A DNA stretch of 64,000 nt from assembly GCA_016185705.1 (NCBI GenBank), contig JACPMZ010000007.1, positions 107,157 through 171,156 of the forward strand. Reading direction: 5' to 3'. This DNA comes from Candidatus Woesearchaeota archaeon. GTDB taxonomy: Archaea > Nanobdellota > Nanobdellia > Woesearchaeales > UBA10216. A model generated the notes under the pieces. That model ran no database searches. It worked only from the letters and a program-made list of their open reading frames with translations, and had not been told where the DNA came from. This document shows positions 39,333 through 49,050 of the stretch, piece by piece. A program made the translations under genes and the position numbers. Positions within the stretch are counted from its first letter, which is position 1, and each line of letters begins with the position of its first letter.

Positions 39333-39755
39333 CCGAATTTTATCTCCCTCAGCAATGCCGTAATGCTTTGTTAAGTTGCCGTTAATCTCCAGCACATACT
39401 TTACAGGAACGCCTGACTGGTATGTTGGGCACGGCTCTGCTGCGCATGGCGCGGCTTGATGAATTTTCCTGATAACAAACTTTTCATCAATAAATATGAT
39501 GTCCAGCGGAATCAAGGTGTTTTTCATCCAAAAACTTCGTTGGGCAGAGTCGGGGAATACGAAAAGCATACCCCTGTCAGCTGCAAGCGATTCGCGGAAC
39601 ATCAAGCCCTGCCTGAACTCTTCCTGCGTTTTGGGCAGCTCAACTTCAAATTCGTAGCTGTTGATTGATACAATTGCTGTGTTATCAGATGCAGAACTAT
39701 TACTTGTGCAGCTAACAGTTGTTATAAGCAGTAACAGCAGCAAAAGCCTTGGCAT
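39318..39755 (-). CDS. DUF192-family secreted protein
   Basis: Signal peptide MPRLLLLLLLITTVSC, GLMFRESL...GMLFVF...FWMKNTLIPLDIIFID motifs. Confidence 0.65.
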   Translation of the reverse strand: MPRLLLLLLLITTVSCTSNSSASDNTAIVSINSYEFEVELPKTQEEFRQGLMFRESLAADRGMLFVFPDSAQRSFWMKNTLIPLDIIFIDEKFVIRKIHQAAPCAAEPCPTYQSGVPVKYVLEINGNLTKHYGIAEGDKIRLLNS

Positions 39756-39810
39756 CCCAACACAATTTATGGCAATATTTAAAAACAATTCTAAACCTTT
39801 GCATTGAAAT

Positions 39811-39893
39811 GCCTCTGTAGCTCAGTGGTGGAGCGTTACCTTGGTATCCATACAAAAAGGTAGAGGTCGCGGGTCCAATTCCCGCCAGAGGCT
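39811..39893 (+). tRNA. tRNA-Thr (anticodon GGU) with putative 11-nt intron at 37/38
   Basis: Acceptor GCCTCTG/CAGAGGC, D-arm GCTC-AGTGGTG-GAGC, anticodon stem TTACC/GGTAG, T-arm GCGGG-TCCAATT-CCCGC. Confidence 0.6.
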
Positions 39894-40013
39894 TTACATA
39901 CAAAAACATTATTTACAATATTGTACATTTTTTAGCTGACAACTACTGTAAAATTAATAATTTATTTTTGGCTGTTCTTTTTACAAAGGTTTATAAGTTT
40001 CCTGTTCCAGTAA

Positions 40014-40811
40014 TTGCTTATGAAGCTTTTTTTGCTGCTGATGGCTGCACTTGTTGCTGCTGCGTGCCAGGTTCCTCAGCAAACAGCGCCGCCCGGGACT
40101 GACACTGCTCCTGCAGCGCAGCCGACTGAGCAGGAGCAGACTGTGCAGCGCGAACAGGATGAGGCTGATGACGTCACTGTGCCTGAGCCTGAAGTTTCCA
40201 AGCAGCCAGATTTTCAGTATCCCTTTTTAGGCAGCAGCCCAGTAAGCATAGTAATCTATGGAGATTATGCATCCGGCACTGATACTCAAGTGAATAATTT
40301 CCAGGTTGCTGCGCTGGAAAGGGACTATGTTAAAAGCAATAAGGCGAAGATTGTGTTTAAGCCTTATCCGCTGGGAGGGGATGATTCGTGGCGGGCAGCA
40401 CGCGCATCCTTATGCATGTGGGAGCAGGGCAGCAAGCAGTTCTGGAACTACCACGATGTTCTTCACACCTTTTACCTGCGCCTTGACGAGGAATCGCTGA
40501 ACAATTATGCAGGAAGGGTTCCAAATGCAGACAAGGAAAAGTTTGCTGAGTGCCTTGCTTCAGAAAAATATAAAGACGTGATAATAGCGACTCGGGCATA
40601 CGGGGACTCAATCGGCATAGGCAAGACACCAAGCTTTGTTATTGGCGAAGAAACAATAATAGCTGACGTCAACGTGCCTTACAAAACTTTTAAGGATGCT
40701 GTGGACAAAGAATTGAAGCCAGACCAAAACCTTTTCACCGGCTCTGTTGTCTTCAACGCTGTATCTGCTACGAGAAGCCTTGTCGGCTGGCTTCTGGGAC
40801 AGTTCTCATGA
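40014..40811 (+). CDS. DsbA/thioredoxin-fold lipoprotein lacking the CxxC active site
   Basis: Lipobox LVAAAC; Thr/Pro/Gln-rich linker; DsbA-like core but YASG in place of CxxC. Confidence 0.5.
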   Translation: MLMKLFLLLMAALVAAACQVPQQTAPPGTDTAPAAQPTEQEQTVQREQDEADDVTVPEPEVSKQPDFQYPFLGSSPVSIVIYGDYASGTDTQVNNFQVAALERDYVKSNKAKIVFKPYPLGGDDSWRAARASLCMWEQGSKQFWNYHDVLHTFYLRLDEESLNNYAGRVPNADKEKFAECLASEKYKDVIIATRAYGDSIGIGKTPSFVIGEETIIADVNVPYKTFKDAVDKELKPDQNLFTGSVVFNAVSATRSLVGWLLGQFS

Positions 40812-41134
40812 ATTTTATAATTGGCGCTTTTACCGCTTGCATCCCCCCTTAATGTTCAGGTGTAGATGAAAGGGCAGCGGATTTGCGGCTGGTGTTTTGC
40901 TTGGCTTGTTTCCTGATTTTCCCCTCTCTCAATATTTAGGGAAGGTAAAAACAGGGCAGCTTGGAATTAGTTTCGAAGGCAACTTTTCAATTATGCAGTT
41001 TATTTTGTGCTGTTTTGAAAATCTTACCTTCAGGCGCCCATGAACTTTTCATCGCTTCATGACCAAAATAAACGATAGATTTAAATAGTGAAATATGCAA
41101 TACCCCTCCTAATTACAAAAAGAGGTGTTTTATA

Positions 41135-41551
41135 ATGGCTAAAAAGAGGAAAGTTCCTGTTGTAAAGAAGAATGGCCTTGTTCCGCAAAGAGGAGGCGGA
41201 GGAATAAATCCGGGCTCATTTGGAAGTTTGGCATTCCTGTTTGGAGCGGTTATAGCAATAATTGCAGGACTTGTCAGCCCAACGTCGCCCAACCCTGTCC
41301 TGACATCACTCTTAATATCGCTTGGTATCGTTGTCGGCCTGCTCAACATAACAACGAAAGAAACAAGTCTGTTCATCCTGTCAACAGTGTCGCTGGTCAT
41401 TGTATCAGCGCTTGGCGGTGCAGTGCTTGGCCAAGTAGCGTTTGTCGGCCAGTACCTTGAGGGAATATTAAGGTCAATACTGACCTTCGTCATCCCGGCA
41501 ACCATAATAGTTGCATTGAAAACCGTAGCTGCGCTTGCTGAGAACAAATAA
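41135..41551 (+). CDS. Small membrane protein (138 aa)
   Basis: Basic N-terminus then 3 TM segments; followed by long T-tracts (terminator-like). Confidence 0.45.
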   Translation: MAKKRKVPVVKKNGLVPQRGGGGINPGSFGSLAFLFGAVIAIIAGLVSPTSPNPVLTSLLISLGIVVGLLNITTKETSLFILSTVSLVIVSALGGAVLGQVAFVGQYLEGILRSILTFVIPATIIVALKTVAALAENK

Positions 41552-41751
41552 TTTTTTTTGTTTTATCTTTTTTTTCTTAAATTTTTTTTATAATTTTTTT
41601 CTGCTCTGCCTTATTGTTCACTGCGGTGGTGGCGGCAGTTAGCGAAGATGCAGCAGGTTAGCGTCTTTGCACCTGCTATTATCGCTGCTGCGGAATGCCG
41701 GATGCCTGAAATTTTTAATAACGCCCGATAACTTAAAAATACGAAAGTCCC

Positions 41752-41893
41752 GGGTAATGTCAAGTTGTGTGTCCTGCAATCCTGAGCTTGCCGATGCCTG
41801 CTTGGCTGATTTTTTTCTCCCCCCTTATTTTTTAAGGGGGGGAGAAAAAAATCAGGGAAGGATGCGACGGTTTTGCCACTTAACTTGAAATTA
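41752..41893. mobile_element. Repeat element family B, copy 3 (reverse orientation, full length)
   Basis: Reverse complement of 6383-6522; ends 12 bp before a tRNA gene. Confidence 0.6.
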
Positions 41894-41905
41894 TTCTTGC
41901 TGACA

Positions 41906-41990
41906 GGGCCTGTGATCTAGCGGCTATGATGCTTCCTTGACTTGGAAGATGTCCCCAGTTCGAAACAAAGCGAGAGTCTGGGCGGGCCCA
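41906..41990 (+). tRNA. tRNA-Val (anticodon GAC)-like gene with 12-nt insertion after T-loop position 60
   Basis: Acceptor GGGCCTG/CGGGCCC, anticodon stem CTTCC/GGAAG, loop TTGACTT (U37 unusual), T-stem CCCAG/CTGGG split by CAAAGCGAGAGT. Confidence 0.4.
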
Positions 41991-42044
41991 TAGAAAAAAA
42001 GCAGGTGAGCCAAAATCAAAATCGAGCTGAAGCCGGTATACGTT

Positions 42045-43073
42045 GTGGTGCTGATTCTGGCAGCTTTAGCCCTGGCCCTGCTCAAACCCTTCATACCTAC
42101 TATTCTGACTGCCATTGTCATTAGCTACATCAGCTATCCGCTGTACAACTGGCTGAGCAACAAATTGCACAAAAAGACCATATCGGCATTTGTTACGCTG
42201 TTCGTGGTGCTTCTCATCATAACAGTGCCAACAATCTTTGCAGTAAATGCGTTGTCAAAGGAAATATTTGCAGGATACCTGGTTGCCAAGCAATACCTTG
42301 CAACAGGCGCACAGACAGTCAGCTGCCAGGGCAATTTCATGTGCGGCATAATGAAGTCCATAGGCTTAAGCGACCCTGGGGTAGCCAATTTCATCTCAGA
42401 CTCGCTTGGCAAAGCGACAGCATTAATCTTTGGAGCCCTGACAAACTACATCCTCGCGCTGCCAAAAACCTTGGCGAACATCTTCATAGCAATATTCCTC
42501 ACATACTACCTGCTTAAGGACGGAAAGCAGCTTGTGTCATACGCAAAAAGAATAATCCCTCTGAAGTCAACAAGGCAGGAGATGCTGATTAAAAGGCTGA
42601 ACGACGTCACTTACGCAGTGGTGTACGGCAACGTAATAGTAGCTGTCATCCAGGGCATACTTCTTTCCATAGGATTCTTCATATTCGGAGTGGGTTCGCC
42701 GCTAATCTGGGGTGTTGTAACAGCATTCACCTCCCTGATACCATTCCTGGGGGCGTTTGTCGTGTGGCTGCCTGCCTCGCTGTTCCTGATAATAAGCGGC
42801 TACAGTTCAGGAGACGGAGTAACCCTGCTGAAAGGAGTGGGGCTCATGCTTTACGGGTTTATCTTCGTAAGCAGCATTGACAATATCCTGAAGCCAAAGA
42901 TTATTGGAGACAGGGCCAAGCTGCACCCGGCGCTTGTTCTTCTCGGAGTTATCAGCGGGCTGGCAGCATTAGGAATAGTCGGCGTCATAGTAGGGCCTGT
43001 TCTGATTGCGCTGGCAGCCACAGTGATACAATTAGTTTCCAGAAACAGGAATTCTAACTCGCATTCACAGTAG
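42045..43073 (+). CDS. AI-2E family transporter (UPF0118/PerM)
   Basis: 8-TM topology and C-terminal ILKPKIIGDRAKLHP motif. Confidence 0.8.
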   Translation: MVLILAALALALLKPFIPTILTAIVISYISYPLYNWLSNKLHKKTISAFVTLFVVLLIITVPTIFAVNALSKEIFAGYLVAKQYLATGAQTVSCQGNFMCGIMKSIGLSDPGVANFISDSLGKATALIFGALTNYILALPKTLANIFIAIFLTYYLLKDGKQLVSYAKRIIPLKSTRQEMLIKRLNDVTYAVVYGNVIVAVIQGILLSIGFFIFGVGSPLIWGVVTAFTSLIPFLGAFVVWLPASLFLIISGYSSGDGVTLLKGVGLMLYGFIFVSSIDNILKPKIIGDRAKLHPALVLLGVISGLAALGIVGVIVGPVLIALAATVIQLVSRNRNSNSHSQ

Positions 43074-43782
43074 CAATTATCTGCTCGTTAACCGATTGCC
43101 TGCAAATATCAATAACAGACTTTACCCCAATCAATTCGCAGATTCCAGCATCCTTCTTACTCTTGGCAACGCGCTGGAAACAGGTCCAGCGGTTCTCCCT
43201 AATGCCCAGCTCGTTGCACAAATCCGCGTCCTGAGTTGATACAGCCACAGCCAGAAAACAGCGCTCCCTTTTAGTGCTGTCTGATATGTAAACGCAGCTC
43301 GCACCGTAATTAATCTTCTTGGCAAGAGTGTCGTAGCATAAGTCAGCGAAGGAGTCCCGCTCAATCTTGCTGCAAATCTCACTCTTATTAGTGGCTTCTG
43401 CCACATTTGAGTAGCACACATCCTTCCAGTCAGCGTCATCAATGTTTTCGCATACAGGCAGCTCGGCCCTAAGCCCGGCAATCCTTGCCAGACAATAGCC
43501 CTGCGCCTTCTCATCCTTAATGTCCTGGCAGCCAAGCCTGTCATCAGCACTGATGCTGACTTCTGCCCTGCAAGAGCTTTCCAATGCCGAATTTTCCTGG
43601 ATGAAGCTGCACGGGTCAGAATTATTCAGCGAGACAGCAAGCTCAGCATAGCAGCTATTTCTTTCAGCAGTCTGATTAATTTCGCTGCACGCATCATCAA
43701 AGGTTTTCTCCTTAACAATCCCGCCGGTAGTGCATGCAGCAGCAAAAACAGCTACAGCAGCCAGCAGCAGCACCCATCTCAT
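43054..43782 (-). CDS. Secreted lipoprotein built of eight about 23-aa Cys-pair repeats
   Basis: Signal/lipobox MRWVLLLAAVAVFAAAC; repeats C-x10-11-C-x3-(A/V); start placed at internal Met. Confidence 0.55.
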   Translation of the reverse strand: MRWVLLLAAVAVFAAACTTGGIVKEKTFDDACSEINQTAERNSCYAELAVSLNNSDPCSFIQENSALESSCRAEVSISADDRLGCQDIKDEKAQGYCLARIAGLRAELPVCENIDDADWKDVCYSNVAEATNKSEICSKIERDSFADLCYDTLAKKINYGASCVYISDSTKRERCFLAVAVSTQDADLCNELGIRENRWTCFQRVAKSKKDAGICELIGVKSVIDICRQSVNEQIIATVNAS

Positions 43783-43861
43783 AGCTTCAGAGCGAAAAAA
43801 TAGGGGTATAAAAATATTGTGTTGGGTTTCCAATGCCTGCAAAGAATTAGCCGTTTGGCGC

Positions 43862-44572
43862 TCACAGCATCGCCTTAACCATCCTGTTGCCCAAAGCTTT
43901 AACCGGCCTGGGCAATGAGAGCTGCCCGGCAAAGGAGTAGATTGATGTGAGCAGCAGAACATACAGATTCCTGAATTTGTCAAATATTGATAAATGGCTG
44001 GTCTTGGTAGCGTACGTTATTCCCTCCACAAAACCTATGTTCCTGAACCTGCTGCCGAAGTACAGATGCCTGTTGACGACCTTTTTCGGCCCTCCTTTCT
44101 GGCTGTCGTGGAAAGCAATAACGCCGCCATCTATCAGATGCGGCTCCCACAGCTTATAGTCAAGCAGAACCATTTCGTACTCATGAGCGCCGTCAATCCA
44201 CAAAAAGCCGATTTTTTTGTCCCAGTTCCTGGCTGCGGCTTCAGAGGTTTTCACAATCGGCTTTACCAAACCGTCAACTTTGGCAGCTTTGACATTTTGC
44301 TTAAATTCCTCAAAAGTCCACACTTTGCCAAACATCTTCTTGTGCTCGGATGAGCCGGTGTGCGGGTCAATAGCATAAACGGCAGCATGGTTTCCGTCCT
44401 TAGAACCGCTGGCAAGCCAGACAGTTGACTTGCCCTTCCAGCTGCCAATTTCAACTATTGCAGCGCTTTGCGGACATTTCCTGGCAGAATTGTAAAGAAA
44501 TCTGCCCTCAGCAGGCGAAAGCCAGCCGTCAATAGATGCAGCGGTTTTCTGCAGTTCGCCTAATCTGTCCAT
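43862..44572 (-). CDS. Class I SAM-dependent methyltransferase (O-MTase-like)
   Basis: IVEIGSWKGKST glycine-rich SAM motif; GFLWIDGAHEYE. Confidence 0.7.
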   Translation of the reverse strand: MDRLGELQKTAASIDGWLSPAEGRFLYNSARKCPQSAAIVEIGSWKGKSTVWLASGSKDGNHAAVYAIDPHTGSSEHKKMFGKVWTFEEFKQNVKAAKVDGLVKPIVKTSEAAARNWDKKIGFLWIDGAHEYEMVLLDYKLWEPHLIDGGVIAFHDSQKGGPKKVVNRHLYFGSRFRNIGFVEGITYATKTSHLSIFDKFRNLYVLLLTSIYSFAGQLSLPRPVKALGNRMVKAML

Positions 44573-44809
44573 GAAAACACACCAACGCGGCAATATATAA
44601 ATTTTTTTGGCAATTCAGCATAATAAGATCGCTTTTGTAATATCTATTCTTTACCTCGCACAATAGCGCTGCTTTTTTCCCTCCCCTTAAAATTTAGGGG
44701 AGGGAAAAAAAGCAGCGGTTATCAGCGCAAAGAGGACAGCAGCGTGAATCATTGGCAGGGGAATCAAATACCCAAAAGCTTTATATTTGCATAAAACGCT
44801 TATTAAGGC

Positions 44810-46309
44810 ATGGATGATGCTACTAAGAAGTATCTGATAATAGGGGGCATACTGCTGCTTGCAGTTGCTGTGCGGCTGTACGGGCTGACTGCTGAAAGCA
44901 TATGGTTTGACGAAGCATTTTCCATATACGTTGCGCAGCAGCCGGCTTCCACTATTATGTCGCTGCCTGACACCAATCCGCCGCTGCACATACTTGGAAT
45001 GTCTTTCCTGGTAAAGCTGTTTGGAGCAACTGCCTTCTGGGCGCGGCTGCCGTCTGTGCTTTTCGGAGCAGGAGCTGTGCTGTTCTCCTACCTTGTATTC
45101 AAAAAAATATTTGGAGAGAAAACAGCTGTAATCTCGGCGCTGATAGTCGCATTATCCAGCTACCACATAATCTTTTCGCAGGAAGCAAGGATGTATGCCA
45201 TGCTTGGATTCATGGCGCTGCTTTCAATGCACGCATACATATCCTATCTCCAGACTCCGACGAGAAAAACAGGCATGTACTATACTGCAGCAACCATCCT
45301 TCTTGCGTTTACCCACGTTTACGGGTTGCTCCTTATCCTGACGCAGAACATCTTCTACTACATGATATACCGCAAATACCAGCGCAGCATGAAGCACTGG
45401 GCGCTGATGCAAATCATAGTATTCATTTTTTACCTCCAGTGGCTGCCAACCCTGCTGCAGCAGGCAGCCCTTGTGCAAAACAGTTTTTGGCTGTCACACT
45501 TCCAGACAGCCAGCGCCATATTTTTGCCGCTGATATTCTCCGGGGAGCTGCTGCTTGGGGCAGTGCTGACAGCGCTTGCAGCGCTCGCAATATGGAAGCT
45601 TTTCAGGACGCAAAGAAACCCTGAAGCAGAGCTGCCAAAACTGGTGCTGCTGTGGATGACAGTTCCTGCGATAGTAGCAGTCGCTTACTCAATACTCGCA
45701 ACCCCTGTGTTTTTGCATAAGTACGTCATGTACAGCTCCTTCCCATTCTACGCATTTGCTGCGCACGCAGCCGGCAAACTGCCCCAGCCAAAGAAGTGGG
45801 GCGTTATGGGAATAATAATCGGGCTGTCATTTTTTGCAATACTTTACCAAGCGCAGAACACAGACAACGACAACTGGAGCGCAGCGCTAAGCCACGTGCA
45901 GTCAATAGACGACGGCAGCACCGTAATAGTAAACCCTCCGTTCCAGCTCGTGCCGTTCATGTATTATTACGACAAGGAATGCTTCAGCCAGAGCTACCTT
46001 TACAACTGCGCGCGGGACAAAAGAATATTCACGTCAAGGGACTGGACTACTGCCACAGACACCCTTAGCCATTCCGAGAAGATAGTTGTTGTTGATGTGA
46101 CGTTCCCGGGAGCGCAAGAGCCTGATATTGCTGGAAATCTCAGCAAGACGCATGTATTAACATCCGAGCAGCGATTTGAAGCGCTGCCAAGCGGCTCAAT
46201 GTACTACAGCCTCAAGCTGGCAAACGGCGTGCTTCCTGACGTAATAAAATCAATAAGGGAGCGAAGCACATCCACCATAACCGTAAGGGAGATGTACAGC
46301 GTGAACTAA
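44810..46309 (+). CDS. Glycosyltransferase family 39/83-like (ArnT/PMT-type) membrane protein
   Basis: N-terminal RLYGLTAESIWFDEAFS loop motif and multiple TM helices. Confidence 0.7.
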   Translation: MDDATKKYLIIGGILLLAVAVRLYGLTAESIWFDEAFSIYVAQQPASTIMSLPDTNPPLHILGMSFLVKLFGATAFWARLPSVLFGAGAVLFSYLVFKKIFGEKTAVISALIVALSSYHIIFSQEARMYAMLGFMALLSMHAYISYLQTPTRKTGMYYTAATILLAFTHVYGLLLILTQNIFYYMIYRKYQRSMKHWALMQIIVFIFYLQWLPTLLQQAALVQNSFWLSHFQTASAIFLPLIFSGELLLGAVLTALAALAIWKLFRTQRNPEAELPKLVLLWMTVPAIVAVAYSILATPVFLHKYVMYSSFPFYAFAAHAAGKLPQPKKWGVMGIIIGLSFFAILYQAQNTDNDNWSAALSHVQSIDDGSTVIVNPPFQLVPFMYYYDKECFSQSYLYNCARDKRIFTSRDWTTATDTLSHSEKIVVVDVTFPGAQEPDIAGNLSKTHVLTSEQRFEALPSGSMYYSLKLANGVLPDVIKSIRERSTSTITVREMYSVN

Positions 46310-46327
46310 TAGTAAAACGCATTAATA

Positions 46328-46457
46328 TTGAAAAGTTCACGCAGCCTCGCTCTGTTGCTGGCTTCCCTTCCTGCTTTTTCCCTCACCTGAATATTTAAGG
46401 GAGGGAAAAAGCAGGAAGAACGGCGGGATAAACGCAGCGGTAAAGTGAACTTTTCAA
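46328..46457. mobile_element. MITE-like element family A, copy 2 (perfect 13-bp TIRs TTGAAAAGTTCAC/GTGAACTTTTCAA)
   Basis: About 93% identical to 6234-6363; between convergent genes. Confidence 0.65.
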
Positions 46458-46557
46458 TAGCACCTGCGCTTTGCCAAACAGCAATTGAACAGCCCTTTTG
46501 CAATTTGCTGTTTACGCATTCTGCGCTGTCCGATTCTGCAATACGCCATGCGGCAGT

Positions 46558-46809
46558 TCACCGAGAATCTGGAGGTTTTCCATAAATCCTTACAAGTTTG
46601 TTCCTTGAAGTGCCGCCTTTGACAATCTCAACATCCGCTTTTCTTACGCTAAAATAATCAGCCAGCAATTCAACAAGCTCCTTATTAGCCCTGCCCTTAA
46701 CAGCAGGCCTGGTTAAGCGCACTTTCAATCCGCTGCTTTCCGCAGACACGCTACTGTGTTTTGCGTTGGGAACTGCCCGTACCCTGACTTCTGTGAAATC
46801 ACCGTTCAT
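46558..46809 (-). CDS. DUF167 (YggU-like) protein
   Basis: MNGDFTEVRVRAVPNAK...LKVRLTRPAVKGRANKELVELL family signature. Confidence 0.65.
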   Translation of the reverse strand: MNGDFTEVRVRAVPNAKHSSVSAESSGLKVRLTRPAVKGRANKELVELLADYFSVRKADVEIVKGGTSRNKLVRIYGKPPDSR

Positions 46810-46883
46810 AACCAACACCAGCACTAACTACAACTATACAAATATTTGCATTTTGAGAAAGACGCCGGGACTGGACTTTTAAT

Positions 46884-47228
46884 TCAAATTGTTTTGTATT
46901 GATCCTGGCTCAAGGGAAAGTAGACTGCACTATAGATGTCAACTAATATGTTTCTGGATGGCGGAGTTACTAGGACAGCGATTTTTTCTTCGCGATACAT
47001 TTGTTCATTCAAATCGGAAAGAAAATACGCCCACGTAAGCCCAACTGCTGCAATCACATGATTCCTGATATTTTCACCATGTGCTAAAATAGCAGTCAAA
47101 TCTGAAATCTGTATGGAGCTTCGACTATCATCTCGAATAATAGTGACTCCTCGTCCCTCATCTTCTACTTTGTCGATAGGATACGATTCGCCACCCATCG
47201 AAAGCATGTACAAATTAGGATTGTTCAT
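46884..47228 (-). CDS. Hypothetical protein, possibly a truncated remnant, on low-GC island
   Basis: 114 aa ORF; small 45-aa ORF (47252-47389) directly upstream. Confidence 0.35.
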   Translation of the reverse strand: MNNPNLYMLSMGGESYPIDKVEDEGRGVTIIRDDSRSSIQISDLTAILAHGENIRNHVIAAVGLTWAYFLSDLNEQMYREEKIAVLVTPPSRNILVDIYSAVYFPLSQDQYKTI

Positions 47229-47588
47229 ATAAAATCGGTTATTGCCGGAGTTTATAAATCTTTCGAATTTTTTATCACTCTGAAGTTATTAATATTGTGG
47301 ATTCCTCGGTGAGGATTTGCACGAATGTTTTCCATTCCGCGCTCAATGGCTTTGAGCAGCTGTTGGTTGAACCACGGATATATTAGCATATTACGGCTTT
47401 TGGCAATGAGAAAAACGCCGGGACAGGACGGCGGACGAGCAGTGCGACGCCTTGCCCTTTTTGACCGCCATCAGAGACCAATGCCCTGCTTCTTTAATAT
47501 ACATTCTCGGAGAACGGATATATAAAGCTTGTCCGAAAGATTTATATAAAACTTGTTGTAATATTACTATGCGTAGTAGGTGATGTAA

Positions 47589-47864
47589 ATGGAAATGTCA
47601 ATAACAAAAATATCAAGAAATGGGCAAGTGGTTATTCCGGCAGAAGTGAGAAGCGATGCCGGTATTGGGCCAGATGCCAAATTTATTGTTTTCAACGAAG
47701 GTGGCAACATCATGCTCAAGCCGTTGCGGAAAGAAATGCTTGCAAAGGACATGAAACTCATAGAAAAAATACATCGTAGCGAGGAAGAGATTAAAGGCGG
47801 AAAATTTGTGAAGGCAGACAGCGCGATGAATGAAGAGGAGATTGACGACCTTTTGATGGCCTAA
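47589..47864 (+). CDS. AbrB/SpoVT-family antitoxin
   Basis: MEMSITKISRNGQVVIPAEVRSDAGIGPDAKFIV swapped-hairpin motif. Confidence 0.65.
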   Translation: MEMSITKISRNGQVVIPAEVRSDAGIGPDAKFIVFNEGGNIMLKPLRKEMLAKDMKLIEKIHRSEEEIKGGKFVKADSAMNEEEIDDLLMA

Positions 47865-47865
47865 C

Positions 47866-48111
47866 ATGGAGATTCTTTTTTCTGAAGAGTTTAGGAAAGA
47901 GTTTAAGAAAATAAAGGACAAGGAAACGCGATTGAGAATCATCAAGCAGGTAAAGAAACTTGCAGAAACTCCTGAAGCGGGGAAACCACTCAAGTACGGG
48001 CTTAAGCAGCACAGGAGCGTGCGCATTTCTCCATACAGGATAATTTATCGCATAGAAAGCGATAAACTTATCATCAACTGTTTTGACCACCGCAAGGATG
48101 TGTACAAATAA
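47866..48111 (+). CDS. relE: RelE/ParE-family toxin
   Basis: 81 aa; C-terminal SPYRIIYRIESDKLIINCFDHRKDVY typical of RelE/ParE. Confidence 0.7.
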   Translation: MEILFSEEFRKEFKKIKDKETRLRIIKQVKKLAETPEAGKPLKYGLKQHRSVRISPYRIIYRIESDKLIINCFDHRKDVYK

Positions 48112-48180
48112 GATAGACGTTCTAAAATGTGCCACATTTTGAGCACATAACTTTAAATAGCAATTGACTAATGATCGATT

Positions 48181-48711
48181 ATGGAAATTCGTAAGATAAC
48201 AAAAACTGATAAAAGAGGAAAACGACTCTTTGTAGAAATTGGGAAAAAAATGAAATCAGAAGCTGACCTTCCAGCCCTGAAAAAGGGAGACCAAGTTTTA
48301 GTGATGACCCAAAGAAAGCTTACTCCAACTCAAATGCAAGCACTTGTTGGTAAATATGTAAAATTTTTTGACATTTCTGATGAAGACTCATATGCTTTGA
48401 GTTTTGAAGGTATTGTTGCTATCAACAAACCTGATTTTTGGGGTAGGGATGATGATAAATCTGCCAAGTTCAAGTACGCCCTTTTAGAACAAGAATTAGG
48501 GCCAATAGATGCATTTGACGACCTAAATTATGTATTTGATTTGCAAGTAATCCCTGGCAGAGAGCGGCATGTAAACAAGGTTTCTTGTTACAAGTGTAAA
48601 AAACAATTTTTTGAAGCATATAGATATTGTCCACACTGCGGAAAACATAATCAATTATTTAGGGATGAGATAAAAAATGGCAAAATGGTTTATAAACAAA
48701 AAGGGTTATAG
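48181..48711 (+). CDS. Hypothetical protein with C-terminal zinc ribbon
   Basis: CYKCKK...YCPHCG; low-GC island. Confidence 0.45.
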   Translation: MEIRKITKTDKRGKRLFVEIGKKMKSEADLPALKKGDQVLVMTQRKLTPTQMQALVGKYVKFFDISDEDSYALSFEGIVAINKPDFWGRDDDKSAKFKYALLEQELGPIDAFDDLNYVFDLQVIPGRERHVNKVSCYKCKKQFFEAYRYCPHCGKHNQLFRDEIKNGKMVYKQKGL

Positions 48712-48913
48712 GCGTTTTAGCGATTCGGGGAACAGTGTACATCGCTGGGTTGCCGGTAAAAAGCTAGGAAGACCACTTCGAACGGAGGAACGTGTGCATC
48801 ATATAAACAGAGATAAACTAGACAATAGACCAAGTAATCTGTGGGTATTCAAAAACCAAACGGAACACACCAAAGCTCACAGAAGGGATAAGAAACGATA
48901 CGGATTTTGGTAA
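48677..48913 (+). CDS. HNH endonuclease
   Basis: VHHINRDKLDNRPSNLWVF...HTKAH core HNH motif; overlaps previous gene in another frame. Confidence 0.7.
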   Translation: MAKWFINKKGYRRFSDSGNSVHRWVAGKKLGRPLRTEERVHHINRDKLDNRPSNLWVFKNQTEHTKAHRRDKKRYGFW

Positions 48914-48935
48914 TTAAAAAAAGGAGGTGACGCAA

Positions 48936-49050
48936 ATGGGAAAAACGTATTATTGCATACAGTGTAATAGAGAAATAAAACAGAAAGGCAGATGCCTTCC
49001 TTGTAATATGGAAGCAAAAAGGAGAAGAGAAGCACAAGAAAGAAAATATT
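48936..49050 (+). CDS. Mini zinc-ribbon protein (38 aa)
   Basis: AGGAGGTGA SD; MGKTYYCIQCNREIKQKGRCLPCNMEAKRRREAQERKY. Confidence 0.3.
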
